The notes under the pieces were generated by a model. It did no database searches. It saw nothing but the letters and a program-made list of their open reading frames with translations, and was not told the origin of the DNA. 64,000 nt of DNA from Owenia fusiformis (taxonomy: Eukaryota): assembly GCA_903813345.2 (NCBI GenBank), contig CAIIXF020000001.1:37572001-37636000 (forward strand), given 5' to 3'. Position numbers and translations under genes: made by a program. Shown piece by piece: positions 13,897 to 26,500 of this stretch. Position 1 is the first letter of the stretch. Each line of letters begins with the position of its first letter.

Positions 13897-16009
13897 ATAC
13901 AATAAAAACAAAATGTGAAATCTTTTAATTACAGTTGTTGATGCTTACATGTTCTTATTGGCATTTGCTATTCAACTCCTATAAGCCTAGCTAGCATCGC
14001 AGGGAATATAAAATGTACTAATGACTGATCACATGACCTAACTAGTGATCAGTACTTTTCATCTTCCCTGTTAGCAGGGATCTGGGACTTCCCATGGGAT
14101 TAGTACGGGGATTAACCCCAGAGTAAAGATTATAATGTAGACCTGGATTGAGATCAAGTACACCTCTGATTGGTCCAAATCGATGAACAAAAATGGCGGA
14201 TTGAACATTTTCTAATAACAATTCCTGGCGTATTAACCAATATCATATCTTGTTATTTCACATCAACATAAAATAAGATGTAAGGAGTATGGGCTTTCCC
14301 CCCTCTTGGATTAGTACATCTATTTCCTATCACGTGACCATGAATAATCCGATGAGCATCTAGAATACATATGGGGTATATGATAATGGCGAATGTTTAC
14401 TTTCAAAAGGGGACAGGATCTGTTCCATTCAATCGAGGTTGGGCCATGCAGCCGAAGGTAAGCCATACAACCGAAGGTAAGCCATACAACCGAATTTTGC
14501 CGATTCAATCTGACGGAGAATGCCGAACCTCTCTTTTTGACCAATTAGAGACGTCCTCTTCACATCCGTGGTACCCTCGGCCAACTTCGTTTGCAAAGAA
14601 ATTCTTCGGCAATCTCCGGCTTTCTTGAGATATCTTCGGTTGCAAGCCAAAAGTCGACACCCCTTTCAAAAGTTGCGGGATCTCGCGAGACTTAATATGG
14701 CAGCAACTAAGAATAAAAAACCTTGAATCATCCTCCTAAGCAGGTATCCAGAATCCGTACCTCCTTCTTCCGTAAAAAGAAAGAAGATATTTTGGATTTT
14801 GAAACCCTGTGATCGGAGGATGTGAATTCACTGGCTTAAAGCTGTTTTAATTCATTAATTTAGTTTTCCACTTCAATAATAAACATCCTCGCTTTTCTGT
14901 CAAAAGACGTTTCTTTTTTCTTCGTATGGATATATTGATCGTATTATCTACACTAAGCTGTGACATGCCTCCTAGACTTCCAACAACGCGAACATAAGAT
15001 TTCACGTTCGAGTATCGTGGTTCGAGCGCAAGGAACGTAGTTCGCGATGTCAGAACCGATGTTCGCGTTGATGGCAGTGTAGGAGGCCTGGTGACAGGTT
15101 GTGTTTCGATTGATGCATTTTTGTAAATGCATACAATATGATATACTGAAATACATAACAGAAGCCTGAAATAACATTACCACAATGCTGAAAGATCAAA
15201 TCTAAACTATATTGATGTTATGTTATGAAAAGAAATTAAAGGTGAACATACATTGTTGTTTCAAAAGGACGTGGCTCCATCTTACATGTCAACTTTCAAT
15301 GCCATCTATCTGAGAGAGAATCGTTGTTTTTAATCAAATAATTCCTCCCTTTCCCTTACTTACAAAGCCTATACATGCATAGCATATTGCCTCGTAAACT
15401 TACAAATTAACCACACGATTTCTGAATGAAGTCTATGTCTAAAACGTATAATTCTACCAAGGAAAGTCGTGGGAAAACTTGATTAGTTAAAAGGTAAATA
15501 CGGAGGACGGTCAACTTTAAATTTAAATTGATTTAATCATCACTGGTTTTGTGGTTTCATAGTATTTTTGCTTGTTGCGTTTTGGGACGAACTGTATATT
15601 GCACAATTTAAAGCATGACATTCATTAAGCCGCCGGTTCAATTTAGCGAAGAAATGATTTTACAACATATGATAAAGAAACATGTTGGTTTACATAAATA
15701 ACCAAATGTAAAATTGCCTATTATGTTATTCTTAAATATTTTCTTAAAAGAAGAATTTTATGAAACACTCATGATAAATAAATATGTCTTCATCATCATC
15801 GGTATGCGTCTTTAAAACGCTAAAAGAGTTTACTGAATAGAATTTATTCTATGATCACATACTTTTTGAGTCACATTCGCCAGGGCACTTTGGTTTGGAC
15901 TTGTGGAAACAGGTGACAGGAAACCTGCGATCTTTTCAAGGGATGACGCACGGTCGTCTTATGGCGTTCTACTTGCGGTCGTATGTTTTTCAATAATACC
16001 AAGGCAGAC

Positions 16010-17578
16010 GGGCTAACAGACAACTTATCCCCTAGAAAACTGATCACGATAACCAAAACATTTAAATAAAAATCACTTGAATTACTCAAACATGCCAAAA
16101 GATGAGTTGTCCAGGGAATGAATTGTCCATAGGATGAGTTGTCTAAGGGATGAGATGTCTAGGTGATGAGTTGTCCAGGGGATGGGATGTCCAGGGGATG
16201 AGTTGTCTAGGGGGTGAGATGTCCAGGGATGAGTTGTCTAGGGGATGAATTGTCCGGTTTCTTAGATGGGCTTACTTAACTCATACCCTAGACAATTCAC
16301 CCCCTGGACATCTCATCCCATGACAACCCATCCCCTGGATTACTCATCCCCTAGACAACTAATCCTCTATTTATTGTACACCTTGGATCATTCTAAATAT
16401 CATTTTCTCACTTTATTGACGCAAATTAAACAATCAAACGGTGCCATTAGAACTTTCATCTATTGTCCTTATCGTGTGACATGACTTAATATTTCAAGAC
16501 AAAAAATAAAGTTTTCTTTTTGCGTAATTTTGAAACATGAACATCAGTTACTTTTGTGAATTCTGTGAAAAAATAATCATTGGATTAAAGAATATTTGAA
16601 CTTTGAACAACAAACATATTATGACATCAAAGGAGCTTATGGCATCAAAGGAGCTTTTTCAATCAATCTTAATATTATTTAGAAATTGTATACTAAAAGT
16701 AAAATTAAAGGTTAACATATACAAAACAAATTACAGATCAATTCATTGGTTGATTATCTCCTTGAAAATATCATCGTTTTTTAAACAATTCTCTTCCAGA
16801 AAGTCTTCGTTCACTTGATTATGCTTTTTACCCAATCGGCCGGATCGCTCCGGTCACAAAATGTCCTTGAAGGTACAATTTTTCTCTTTTCCTTATTTCA
16901 TGCGCTGTAGGTAGAATTCCCACTACATTTTTATCACAAACGTATGTCAGTATTATGACTTGTCTAAGAAAATAAACATGTTTGCGATCAAATAGTACAG
17001 AAGACAACCGAATTGTCGCTTTAATACCTCACTACTGTAATGTAAATGGATTGAGTTAGACATGCAGATCTTAACCGCTTTTTGAAGTTCCATTTACATA
17101 ACAAAAGTGAGGCATTAAATTGACGATCATGTTGTCTTCTGAACTATTTTCTTAGACGCATGATACTGACACACATTTGTGATAAAAATGTTGTTAGAAT
17201 TCTGCCTACAACCAGTGAAATTATGAAAAAAGAAAAATCGTACCGAGGCTCTGACATTTTGTTACCGAAACGATCCGTTTACAACGTAATCGAGTAGAGT
17301 ACCAGTGTTCATGTAATATGGTTTTAAAACGTAAAACTGATCATGATAACCAATAGAAAACATTTATAAATAAATTGAATAATATATGTATTGATAATTA
17401 ATATAACATTAAATTACTCAAACATGCCAAAGGATGAGTTTTCCAGGAGATAAGTTGTCCAGGGGATGAGTTGTTCAGGGGATGAGTTGTCTAAGGGATG
17501 AGATGTCTAGGGGGCGAGTTGTCCAGGGTATGATATGTCCAGGGGATGAATTGTCTAGAGGATGAGCTGTCCGGTTAC
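16010..17578. mobile_element. Two adjacent foldback/MULE-like copies with about 16-17-bp GATGAGTTGTCYAGGG terminal arrays
   Basis: Arrays at 16103-16257 and 17432-17575 are both preceded by attactcaaacatgccaa. Inverse arrays lie at 16019-16045 and 16285-16367. Internal imperfect palindrome at about 16842-17277. Confidence 0.7.
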
Positions 17579-17784
17579 CGGCAGACGCAAGGCGGCAGTA
17601 CGTTAACCAAAGAGCGACAATGCGAAAATACTGGAACAAGCCGAAAGGCGACCATAGAAACCGTAAGTATTTTTCGATTTTCGGAAACTACGGTCGGCGT
17701 ATCCTAATCGTGATTCAATAGCAAAGACGTTAATCAATCAATGGATAAGTCAACCAAGTAATCAATAGAGTTAATCAGTCTTAA

Positions 17785-18616
17785 AGTCCCCGTCTAAAGT
17801 TTAAACCACTTTGGCTTATATTGTAGTCTTACCCAATGTTATCAAAGTGTGATATGTGAAACTTTTTTTTTTAATTTCAAAAAGTGTTTTTTGATAGACT
17901 TTTTGTTCCAAAATTTGTGAATTTATTTAAAACTAACTTTTAGAGGTCATACATATCTTTTAATTAGCAACAACTCATACCAATGCAAAGTATTCATCCT
18001 CGCATGTTTTTTGCCGAAAAAATTAAGAAAATCGGTTCATAAATAAGCGAGAAATGAACTTATCAGTGCATGAAAATGGTTCCGAGAAAAATGCATTTAA
18101 AAATTCTAGTTCTCATAGAGACCAATGGTACAATGATATCTAAAACATAATATATTCTTCCTTTTAACCTGGTTAGACAATCAACATTGGTATATTATTG
18201 AAGTCTAGCATAATAAGAAAAGATTGACATCGAAAAAAAAATTTCAATTTTTTTCAAAAAGTTTTTGGTACCTTAGTGACATCACTAATGGTGCAAAATA
18301 TTTTTGATATGCTAAAACATTGAAGTGGCCCATTAAATATGGCATTTTATTATTGAAATAGTGTGTCCTTTGATCAATCTTTGCATTGGTGTTAAAAAGA
18401 TAATCTTTTTCGAAATGCTTTAAGAAATATTGATGATTAAAAAATTTCAGTTTTTTTTGAAAAATGGCGGGAAATTTGAATATTTGAGAAATGAAATGCT
18501 CACAACTTTTTTTTCAAAAAAAAATTTTCTTTCAAAAACCTCTAGAATAACTTTTTAAGTCATGACAAATAGTAAATGAATGATAAAAAAATATTTTCAA
18601 ACTTTAGACGGGGACT
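17785..18616. mobile_element. Kolobok-like non-autonomous DNA transposon
   Basis: TTAA|agtccccgtctaaagttt ... aaactttagacggggact|TTAA. 18-bp perfect TIR, purine-starting end, TTAA TSD. Confidence 0.8.
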
Positions 18617-19496
18617 TTAACGGTGAACAAACAATTAAGCATGGTTTGAAAAATAGTAAATTAGAACACGGTAGTGTTTATATCATTCCGTATTAGTCGT
18701 TTTGTTTATATTAATACGGAATAAATCGTACCATTTTATGAAAGGTCGTGACCTTATCCTACGGGAATGGGGATTATGCTTCACATTGCTTCACACAGCA
18801 AGTTCTGACGGCGGTACTGTACAGCATCGGTTCCGATAATGGGAGTTTTAAAAAGTTATGACTTTTCTCATTTTTCACGTTTCTGAAAATGTAAACAAAG
18901 GAGGTTGGGACCCTAAGGCTTTTTCATTCTTCGATCGTCAGAAATGTATTTGGCGTCTATAGAAAATACAATCAATTCCCTCGAGTATGTCCTATACAGT
19001 ATCGCCAACCGAACTTGCTGAGAAACATATCCGATATAAATCTGGATACTAGTTGAATCAATGGTACATTATGATCAATATTCAATCTTTTACCAAGGGC
19101 GACAATGGCTATCTGAGCATAGATCCTGCTATCGATATTAATTAACAAAATAAAATCCATATAAACTAAAACATGAAAAGGTGGATTTAGGCCCTACTGC
19201 ACGTTTTATATTATCTCTATTTCTTTTCTATTCTTTTTCACTGATTTCCTTTGTTCTGAAGGCATAGCTGTCAACCCCATGATATTCCTGTACATCAGAA
19301 GTCAGAAGGTAATGTTTTACACATCTATAGCAAAGTGGTTTGCATCGTACCTAAATACACTTATTACTAGCATACAGACGGTTCCATCCAATTATCCAAA
19401 CTAAAAGGTATCAAACAAAACACGCTTTTGAGAAGTATTTTCCCGGTAATTGATTTCACTAGTAAAAAGTAGCCCAGGAGTATCGTTAGTAGGAAA

Positions 19497-20071
19497 AGCT
19501 AAGTTCACACCAACGGTGCTTGATTGCGCTTTAAAGCGGCGTGCAAAGCCACTTTCCACGCCGCTTTAAAGATCAAAGCGCCGTTGGTGTGAACTTAGCT
19601 TTACAAAAATACAAAAAGACCAAGTAAATATTCATGCGTGTACTAAATTCAAGATAGCATGACAAAATATCCCATATCATAGAAATTATGCGTTGCTCCG
19701 GCATGGGATCTTTCTTCATGCTATCTTGAATTTAGTAATCGCATGAATATTTACTTTGTCTTTTTCTATTTTTGTAAAGCTAAGTTCAAACCAACGGCGC
19801 TTTGATGGCGCATTAAAGCGGCGTGCAAAGCGGCTTTGAAGCATCATGAAACTCGACAATTTCTAAAGCTAAGTTCACACAAAACTAAGTGTGAACTTAG
19901 GTTGAGATGTGTTTTATAATATTCCAATCTTACTTCAATGTATGCTTTTGATATATCACTAAAGCTAAGTTCACGCCAACGGCGCTTTGATGGCGCTTTA
20001 AAGCACCGTGCAAAGCGACTTTTCACGCCGCCTTAAAGCGCCATCAAAGCGCCGTTGGTGTGAACTTGGCT
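19497..20071. mobile_element. Cluster of PIF/Harbinger-like palindromic MITEs
   Basis: Copies at 19497-19600, about 19778-19845, 19867-19900 and 19963-20071. Same family as 8171-8260. Confidence 0.75.
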
Positions 20072-20416
20072 TTAGAAGTGCAAAATAGTACACTGTATAT
20101 GCACACCAAGGGCGCTTTGAGAAAAATATTAGTTTTGCCTACTCATAATTCTATACCCTTGTGCTATACCGTTTATTGTTGCAATATTAGTTTAAATACG
20201 AAAGAGTTTATTACCGATATATACTACAACTGACAAAACCTAGAATGGAAATGCAAAAGTCTGGATACAAATTGAAATTGAAATTAATGACACATTTCGC
20301 AATGACAGAACGCGTTCAGCTGACGCGTGAAAGAGCGGACGTTTGACAATCCAATACTGTGATAGCTCAATCGTTCTACTCCATCTGTCAATTAGTTATC
20401 TCGGAGACTATGCAGA

Positions 20417-20422
20417 TATAAA
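20417..20422 (+). promoter_or_regulatory. Candidate TATA box of astacin gene
   Basis: TATAAA 35-40 bp upstream of the ATG. The paralog has TATAAG at a similar position, and both have GGAAGC(T/A)GGCAT downstream of it. Confidence 0.45.
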
Positions 20423-20456
20423 CAAGCCATATTGGAAGCTGGCATCAACTGCGATA

Positions 20457-20525
20457 ATGATGAAATCTCCAGAATGTGCTCTTTTACTGCTGATATGCAT
20501 TTTCGGGTTCCATAACACGATTCAG
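20457..20525 (+). CDS. Astacin exon 1: signal peptide
   Basis: [23 protein letters not shown]|gtaaag, phase 0. Confidence 0.8.
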
Positions 20526-23500
20526 GTAAAGTTATTATTTTATGTTTATATAAACTAAACATTTGACCAGGTAATGCTCATTTTATGGCCTGTTCTCTTT
20601 ACATAAGTGGTGTTATGGATACGAGTTACACGCAGATTTTCCAAATTTGGGATAGTTAGTAAAATATCATTGTTGTCAACATTTGAACAATTCTGCCTGG
20701 AATATGCATGCCCATTATTACCAATAGACAAGAGGGAACGTATAAAAATGTATTGAAAACATGTAATTTAAATGAATTGAATTTCACCCTATTGTCACTT
20801 ACCCCTAAAAATGCATAAGACTCTGTTTGTCTAATCGTATTGTTTAGTATATTTTTAAAGTACCTTATTAACGTCTAACAGTCATCCGATAAACCATTAA
20901 TAAGGAACAGACAAATAAAAACAAATAACATGACCATTACAAATAAGCCAAATGGGTTGCTCATGAACACCAAATGCAATGTATAGTAGAATGAATTTAG
21001 AAGTGATTGAAATGAGTTATGAGATATATTCCTTACAATCCCAAATAGATTATCTCCTAAAAGATCCATGACATGTTTTAAATTGGTGAAGTTATTATAG
21101 ATTCAAAGTGCCAAATAATTGTTTAAATTTTCCCAAATTATGAAAATGGTTAACCATGAAAATAGAAAATCAATACATAATGAAATGATATCGAATGCTC
21201 GAGCCAAATATATGAAACAATTTTCGTCGAGGTCATGATGAAGTACTTGCAAGATCTGATTCTGCCTTCAATATACTATGTTGTCAGTCCTTGAAATCTG
21301 TCATCAATGCCTTTTAACCCTAATATCTGCAAGGGGTGGAGGGTATCAATCCGTTACTTTTTTAGCTTTAGGCGCCACAGATATAAGAGCCTATTGCGTA
21401 AAAACCAAGGTGATTGGGGACAGAGGGGCAAAGTTATGATAGTTGAAACTTGAGAGTTTATCTCAAAATGTCAAAAATTTACACATCCTAGGTCACGTTG
21501 ACCTCGACGTGACCCATGTCGACCTACTTTAAAAAACTTTTCTGAAGAGGCAATTGAATAAGGTTTACAACAATACCAACAATAATCAAATTAGGCAAGT
21601 AATAAAAAATCCCAGAGAGAGGGTCTAAATGATCCCCACCTTGCGACTATTAGGGTTAAAGTGCTACAATCTTAATAATCATAATTGATCTGAGACAAGT
21701 TGACAAAGTCTAAATCAATGCTGATACAAGAGGTCAATTTTAGGAAATGTTTTGTAAAACTGGTGTATTTAAAATCCGTATCGATTTTTTGTCAGATACC
21801 AACTAGGTTAAAGTGGTAAAATCCGTTATATTTGTACATGGCTGTAGGTTCCATCTCTTCTTAACCTGTAGGTTACTTCTACAATACTTCGTTTATCAAG
21901 ACCACAATCTATTATTCAACTTTATACTAGAAACATGCGTCAGTGTATAGACGGTATGTCAGCTGAAGAACGTCGACAATTACTTTGAGTAATAATTGGT
22001 GGACAATCATTTTTTATGATTTCATATCATCGTATACATAAATAGATGAACATTTGACACAAGACAGTTTGATGTCAGAAAACTTGAATAGAACATTAAT
22101 ACACAATTTAACAAAAGCAATAGACCTATCAATAATGCCGATATTGAAGAAAAATAACATGGATACTTCCTTCCATAATTCTTTGTAAAAAGTAAAGAGA
22201 CACAGAGAGAACCATGAAGAGCCTCCAAAACAAAACAATTAACATTCGCATCTAGCTCAGTTCAACAAATTCATTGCCGTTTTCTTTGAAAGGTTCAATA
22301 GTTGAAATTCTCGTCCTAAATAACCCTAACATATTTCAATTTATTATAATATATAATTTGCAAAATATATAGAATGATCGAAGTAGAGTAAACGTCGCTA
22401 CATTCCCGTCAAATTGAAAGCATAATTTGACCCCTAGGGTGCTTTGAACCAGGTGAAATATGAACTACACGAAGGGGATATAATCTTGAACCGCCAGCAA
22501 ACAAGATTGATAGAGAAAACACTCAAATCAAAGAATCAACGAAACAGATCAAAACGAAAAATTATTCCTTTTCGAATATTCAAGGAAAGTAAATGGACAT
22601 TTCCTATAAAGTACAAGTTCAACTATTATCCACTAAATGGTGGTAAGTACAATGTTTAGTAACTCCTACCCGAACTCTAACAATGAACTATTACAACGGT
22701 TTCATAATTGAAGAAATTGAGTAATTGTAAAAATGTTATTTTTTGTTTGTTACTGTAGTAGTTAAGTTTGTTTTTTGTATGTACAGGGTGGGCCAAAAAA
22801 TAATACCCAAGTTTAAATATCATATGATATAACGTTACATCATGCAATGTATTATATATCATTTTAAAGATATATCATTTCCTAACAATATGACACCATC
22901 TGATTGAAAACCCACTGTTTTCGTGTGGAGTAAGGGCCTAAAAATTGACACCAATTTGTCATGAGCGACGAAAAAAAATTCACTGCGGATTTCCAAATTG
23001 TGGAAAATGGAGGTTTTCAACTTTGGCAATACAAGTTTAGTGCAAAAATTACCAATAATACTTATATCTTTTTAATAAATTATAAATTGTGTATTACTCT
23101 TAAATAAATTTATGATAATTCAGTCAAGCATATTGAGTGCAGCCGCGACTGCAATATAGAGGGAAAGTAGGAGGGGAAGTAACGCAACAGATTTCGGACA
23201 GTCATATGTTGGCTTTTGGCTATTTTCTGAGGATTTAAATAGATGCATATGTTAGGACAATGCATTATCCCTAGGAAAAGCCCTCATACAGATGATAAAA
23301 AATTTCGACTTTGAGACAGGGGAGATGCAAACAACCCACCCACATGTTTTTCTGAAATGTTTTCCTGTTTTCAACCCCTTCCACCCCTGCTTTTTCAATT
23401 TCTGTTGCATCAATAACTTGCGTTTTGAGACATAGTTGACCCCATAAAAGGAACAAGTAATTCCTCTTCGATAAAGTGGAAAACAAGATTTCCCATGTTA

Positions 23501-26500
23501 TTTTCCCATAGGGAAAACACATGCGATCCATTGCTTTCAGCGAATTTTGGTCACCCATAATGGTTATCTTTAAAACCCCTGAAGGAATTACTTGTTCTCT
23601 AAAAGTGTTAATTGTAATTAAAAAAGCAGGGGTGGAAGGAGTTGAAAATCAGGACAACATTTCAGAAAAACATGTGGATGGGTTGTTTGCATCTACCCAG
23701 TCTCAAGGTCAAAATTATTTTATCATCCCTATGAGTGCTTTACCTGAATGCATTGGACTAACATATGCACCTGTCCGAAATCTGTTGCGATACTTTCCCT
23801 CCTCCTTTGGGAAAATCATTTCTTGATTTTTGGTCGCTTATGGCACCCCTGGTGTCAATTTTAGCCTCAAACTAAACAAATAAACATGATTTTCAATTAG
23901 ATGGTATTAGATGAATTGTTCATGTTTACACTTGGGTATTATTTTTGGCCCACTCTATATACCCTATAAGGGGTGAATTGAGAAATAGATAAATAAAAAA
24001 AAATATATATCATATTATAAGAATTACTCGATAGTAAATTGTGGCGCCAACTTGGTTAACGGGATGAAATTGTCTTTCTGTTAGAATATAGGCCAAAGGC
24101 TTTACGAGATTCTTTTTAATCATACATGCCTATATTTAATATACACTCCCCTCCATAAGTTTGGCAACCCTTTTCCCCCATTGAACTACGTGTTAAAACC
24201 TCTTTACGTTTGAATTTTTATTTACTTAACCCGCGATAAAATAACTTATAATATTGATGGAAACGTAACTTGACTTTATTTCCAATACATCCAAATTTTC
24301 TCAATTTTTTCCTCAATTACAATAGGTCGAAAATTGATGATAAATTTGATGAATTTTTGAAAATCGTCATTCCCATGTAATCCAACGGGAAATGAAGGGT
24401 TCGGGGCAAATCAGAAATCAGGATATCTTTTCAGTAAAAGATTCAGCAAAAATATTTTTATATAGAAAATTGAATTGTCCAACTTTTTTGAACACTAAGT
24501 GTTTAGTTTATTTGATGAATATTAAAAATACAGCGCTTCAAAGTCATTTTTGAAAATAATTTTTCGCCTCCTGTGTTATTTCAATGGACGAGGTTTTTTG
24601 AAAAACAATTTTGACTTTCAAGCCCTATAACTTTGTTGAACCTGAAGAAACATATCAATTTTTGTTAAATAAAGTTAGCAAATTCAATTGCCTGCCTAAC
24701 TCGTATTTTTTGCAAGGACTCGGATGGATGGATATTCTGTCATATGACTTGCGGCAAACCAACCATTTCCCATTGGTTAACATGGGAATGTCGATTTTCA
24801 AAAATTCATTAAATTTATCATCAATTTTCGACCTATTGTAATTGAGGAAAAAAATTGAGAAAATTTGGAGATATTGGAATTAAAGTCAAATTACGTTTCC
24901 ATCAATAGTATAAGTATCTTCATCGCAGGTTAAGTAAATAAAAATTCAAAGGTAAAGAGGCTTTAACACGTAGTTCAATGGGGGAAAAAAGGTTGTACAT
25001 CTTTGAAATCATATTTCATATGCTACATCCAAGGATGAATACATTTCGAAAAAGGAATGACGATGGCGGCCATATTGTTAATTTAGGCGAAAGATGGAAG
25101 GCAGCTATTCGTAAGGCAATTTATAAATGGGAGAATACAACATGTATACGCTTTCAAGAAGTACTCGATCATGAAGAAGAACCAAAGTCACCGTATATTT
25201 CATTTACTAATTCACAGAGGTAAGTAACCGTAATATGTTTGGGAATCTAACATATAATAACATTATACTCATTCATTCTGTACCCAGGTCTTGTCCTACC
25301 AGTTCTTTTTTCTTGATGTTGAACTTGTCTATCTCATATTCGGTACTGCTTAATGTCCAATACGTACATGCTTCCATCGTTATCAGAAATATAAATTACA
25401 ATCGTGTAAATATATCCTAAAACTGATTTGATATAGCCTGTGTTAGTCACAATAACTGAACACTATAATATTGTAACGACAAATAAAAAAGTCAGTTGTA
25501 TAATGATTTGATGCATTTTCTGCAAAGGTATTATAGACAGGTACCAATTTAATTAATTCAAGTTTTTGAGGCATTATTTTAGAAAAAGCGATAATGTTGA
25601 TAAAGATATTACAAGATGAAAGCTCAACTAGGTGGGCATGACACTGATTTTTAGCGTTTTTACTCCCATGGGAAAATATTTTAGGGGGTACTATGATATC
25701 AATTCATAAATCAAAAGATATATTACTGTTCTGAAATCTTCAGCATACAATCTTAGTACAATTGCTAGTAGGCTAATATCTTTGTTGGTCTCAGAAAAAT
25801 ACAATTAATAGTAACAATTTTTGTCACAATGCTTGTCCCATTTTGTCTTGCCAATTTTATATGTGTAACTTCAAGCAAAATATGACAGCTTTAACAACTC
25901 AAAGTAGTATTCTAATAACATTTCGAGCTATATGTGATATTATCAGTTATTATACGTTTCAGCATGTGATACCGAAAATATTCCAAGAAAGTAAAAATTG
26001 TATCACCACGAAAGTGCAGCTTGAGTATTAAATCAAAACAACAATATGGATGTTTTGGCCCAACAAAATGATTGTACTGTATATACACTATAAGATAATA
26101 TTCTTATATTTTTGCAAACACTAGTGTCTTGGAATACCCATCATTTTCAGTGGTTGTTTTTCATATGTTGGACGTCAACCTAATGTAGTGCCACAACCAA
26201 TCAATTTTGACGACGGCTGCTTGAATTCGGTATGATGTTGTTATTATATTTTAGCTTATTTTTTAATGTTTTCTGACATCACACTGATTTTTGTCTCTGC
26301 AACTTTTTTTGGCAGAAAATATCATTTTTAGTTCAAAAATGCATAAAAACGTCGGAACTGGCTGAATATGTGAAAAATTTATCCATTTAGGCTAGAAAGG
26401 GTTAATTTGCCCTACCCCAAATACGTCTAACTTTGCCACTGTGTCGTCACAAATCTAACTTGACTTTCTCTGAGTTTATTGAAGAAAATGATACGTCTAA

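Noticed and set aside
21986..21988. Selenocysteine readthrough of the in-frame TGA
   Set aside because: The position does not align to Cys in the paralog, and no SECIS-like structure was recognised in the 3' UTR.
22046..22188. Possible extra phase-1 astacin pro-region exon (DEHLTQDSL...)
   Set aside because: It runs into TAA with no phase-0 donor to join the 22438 exon.
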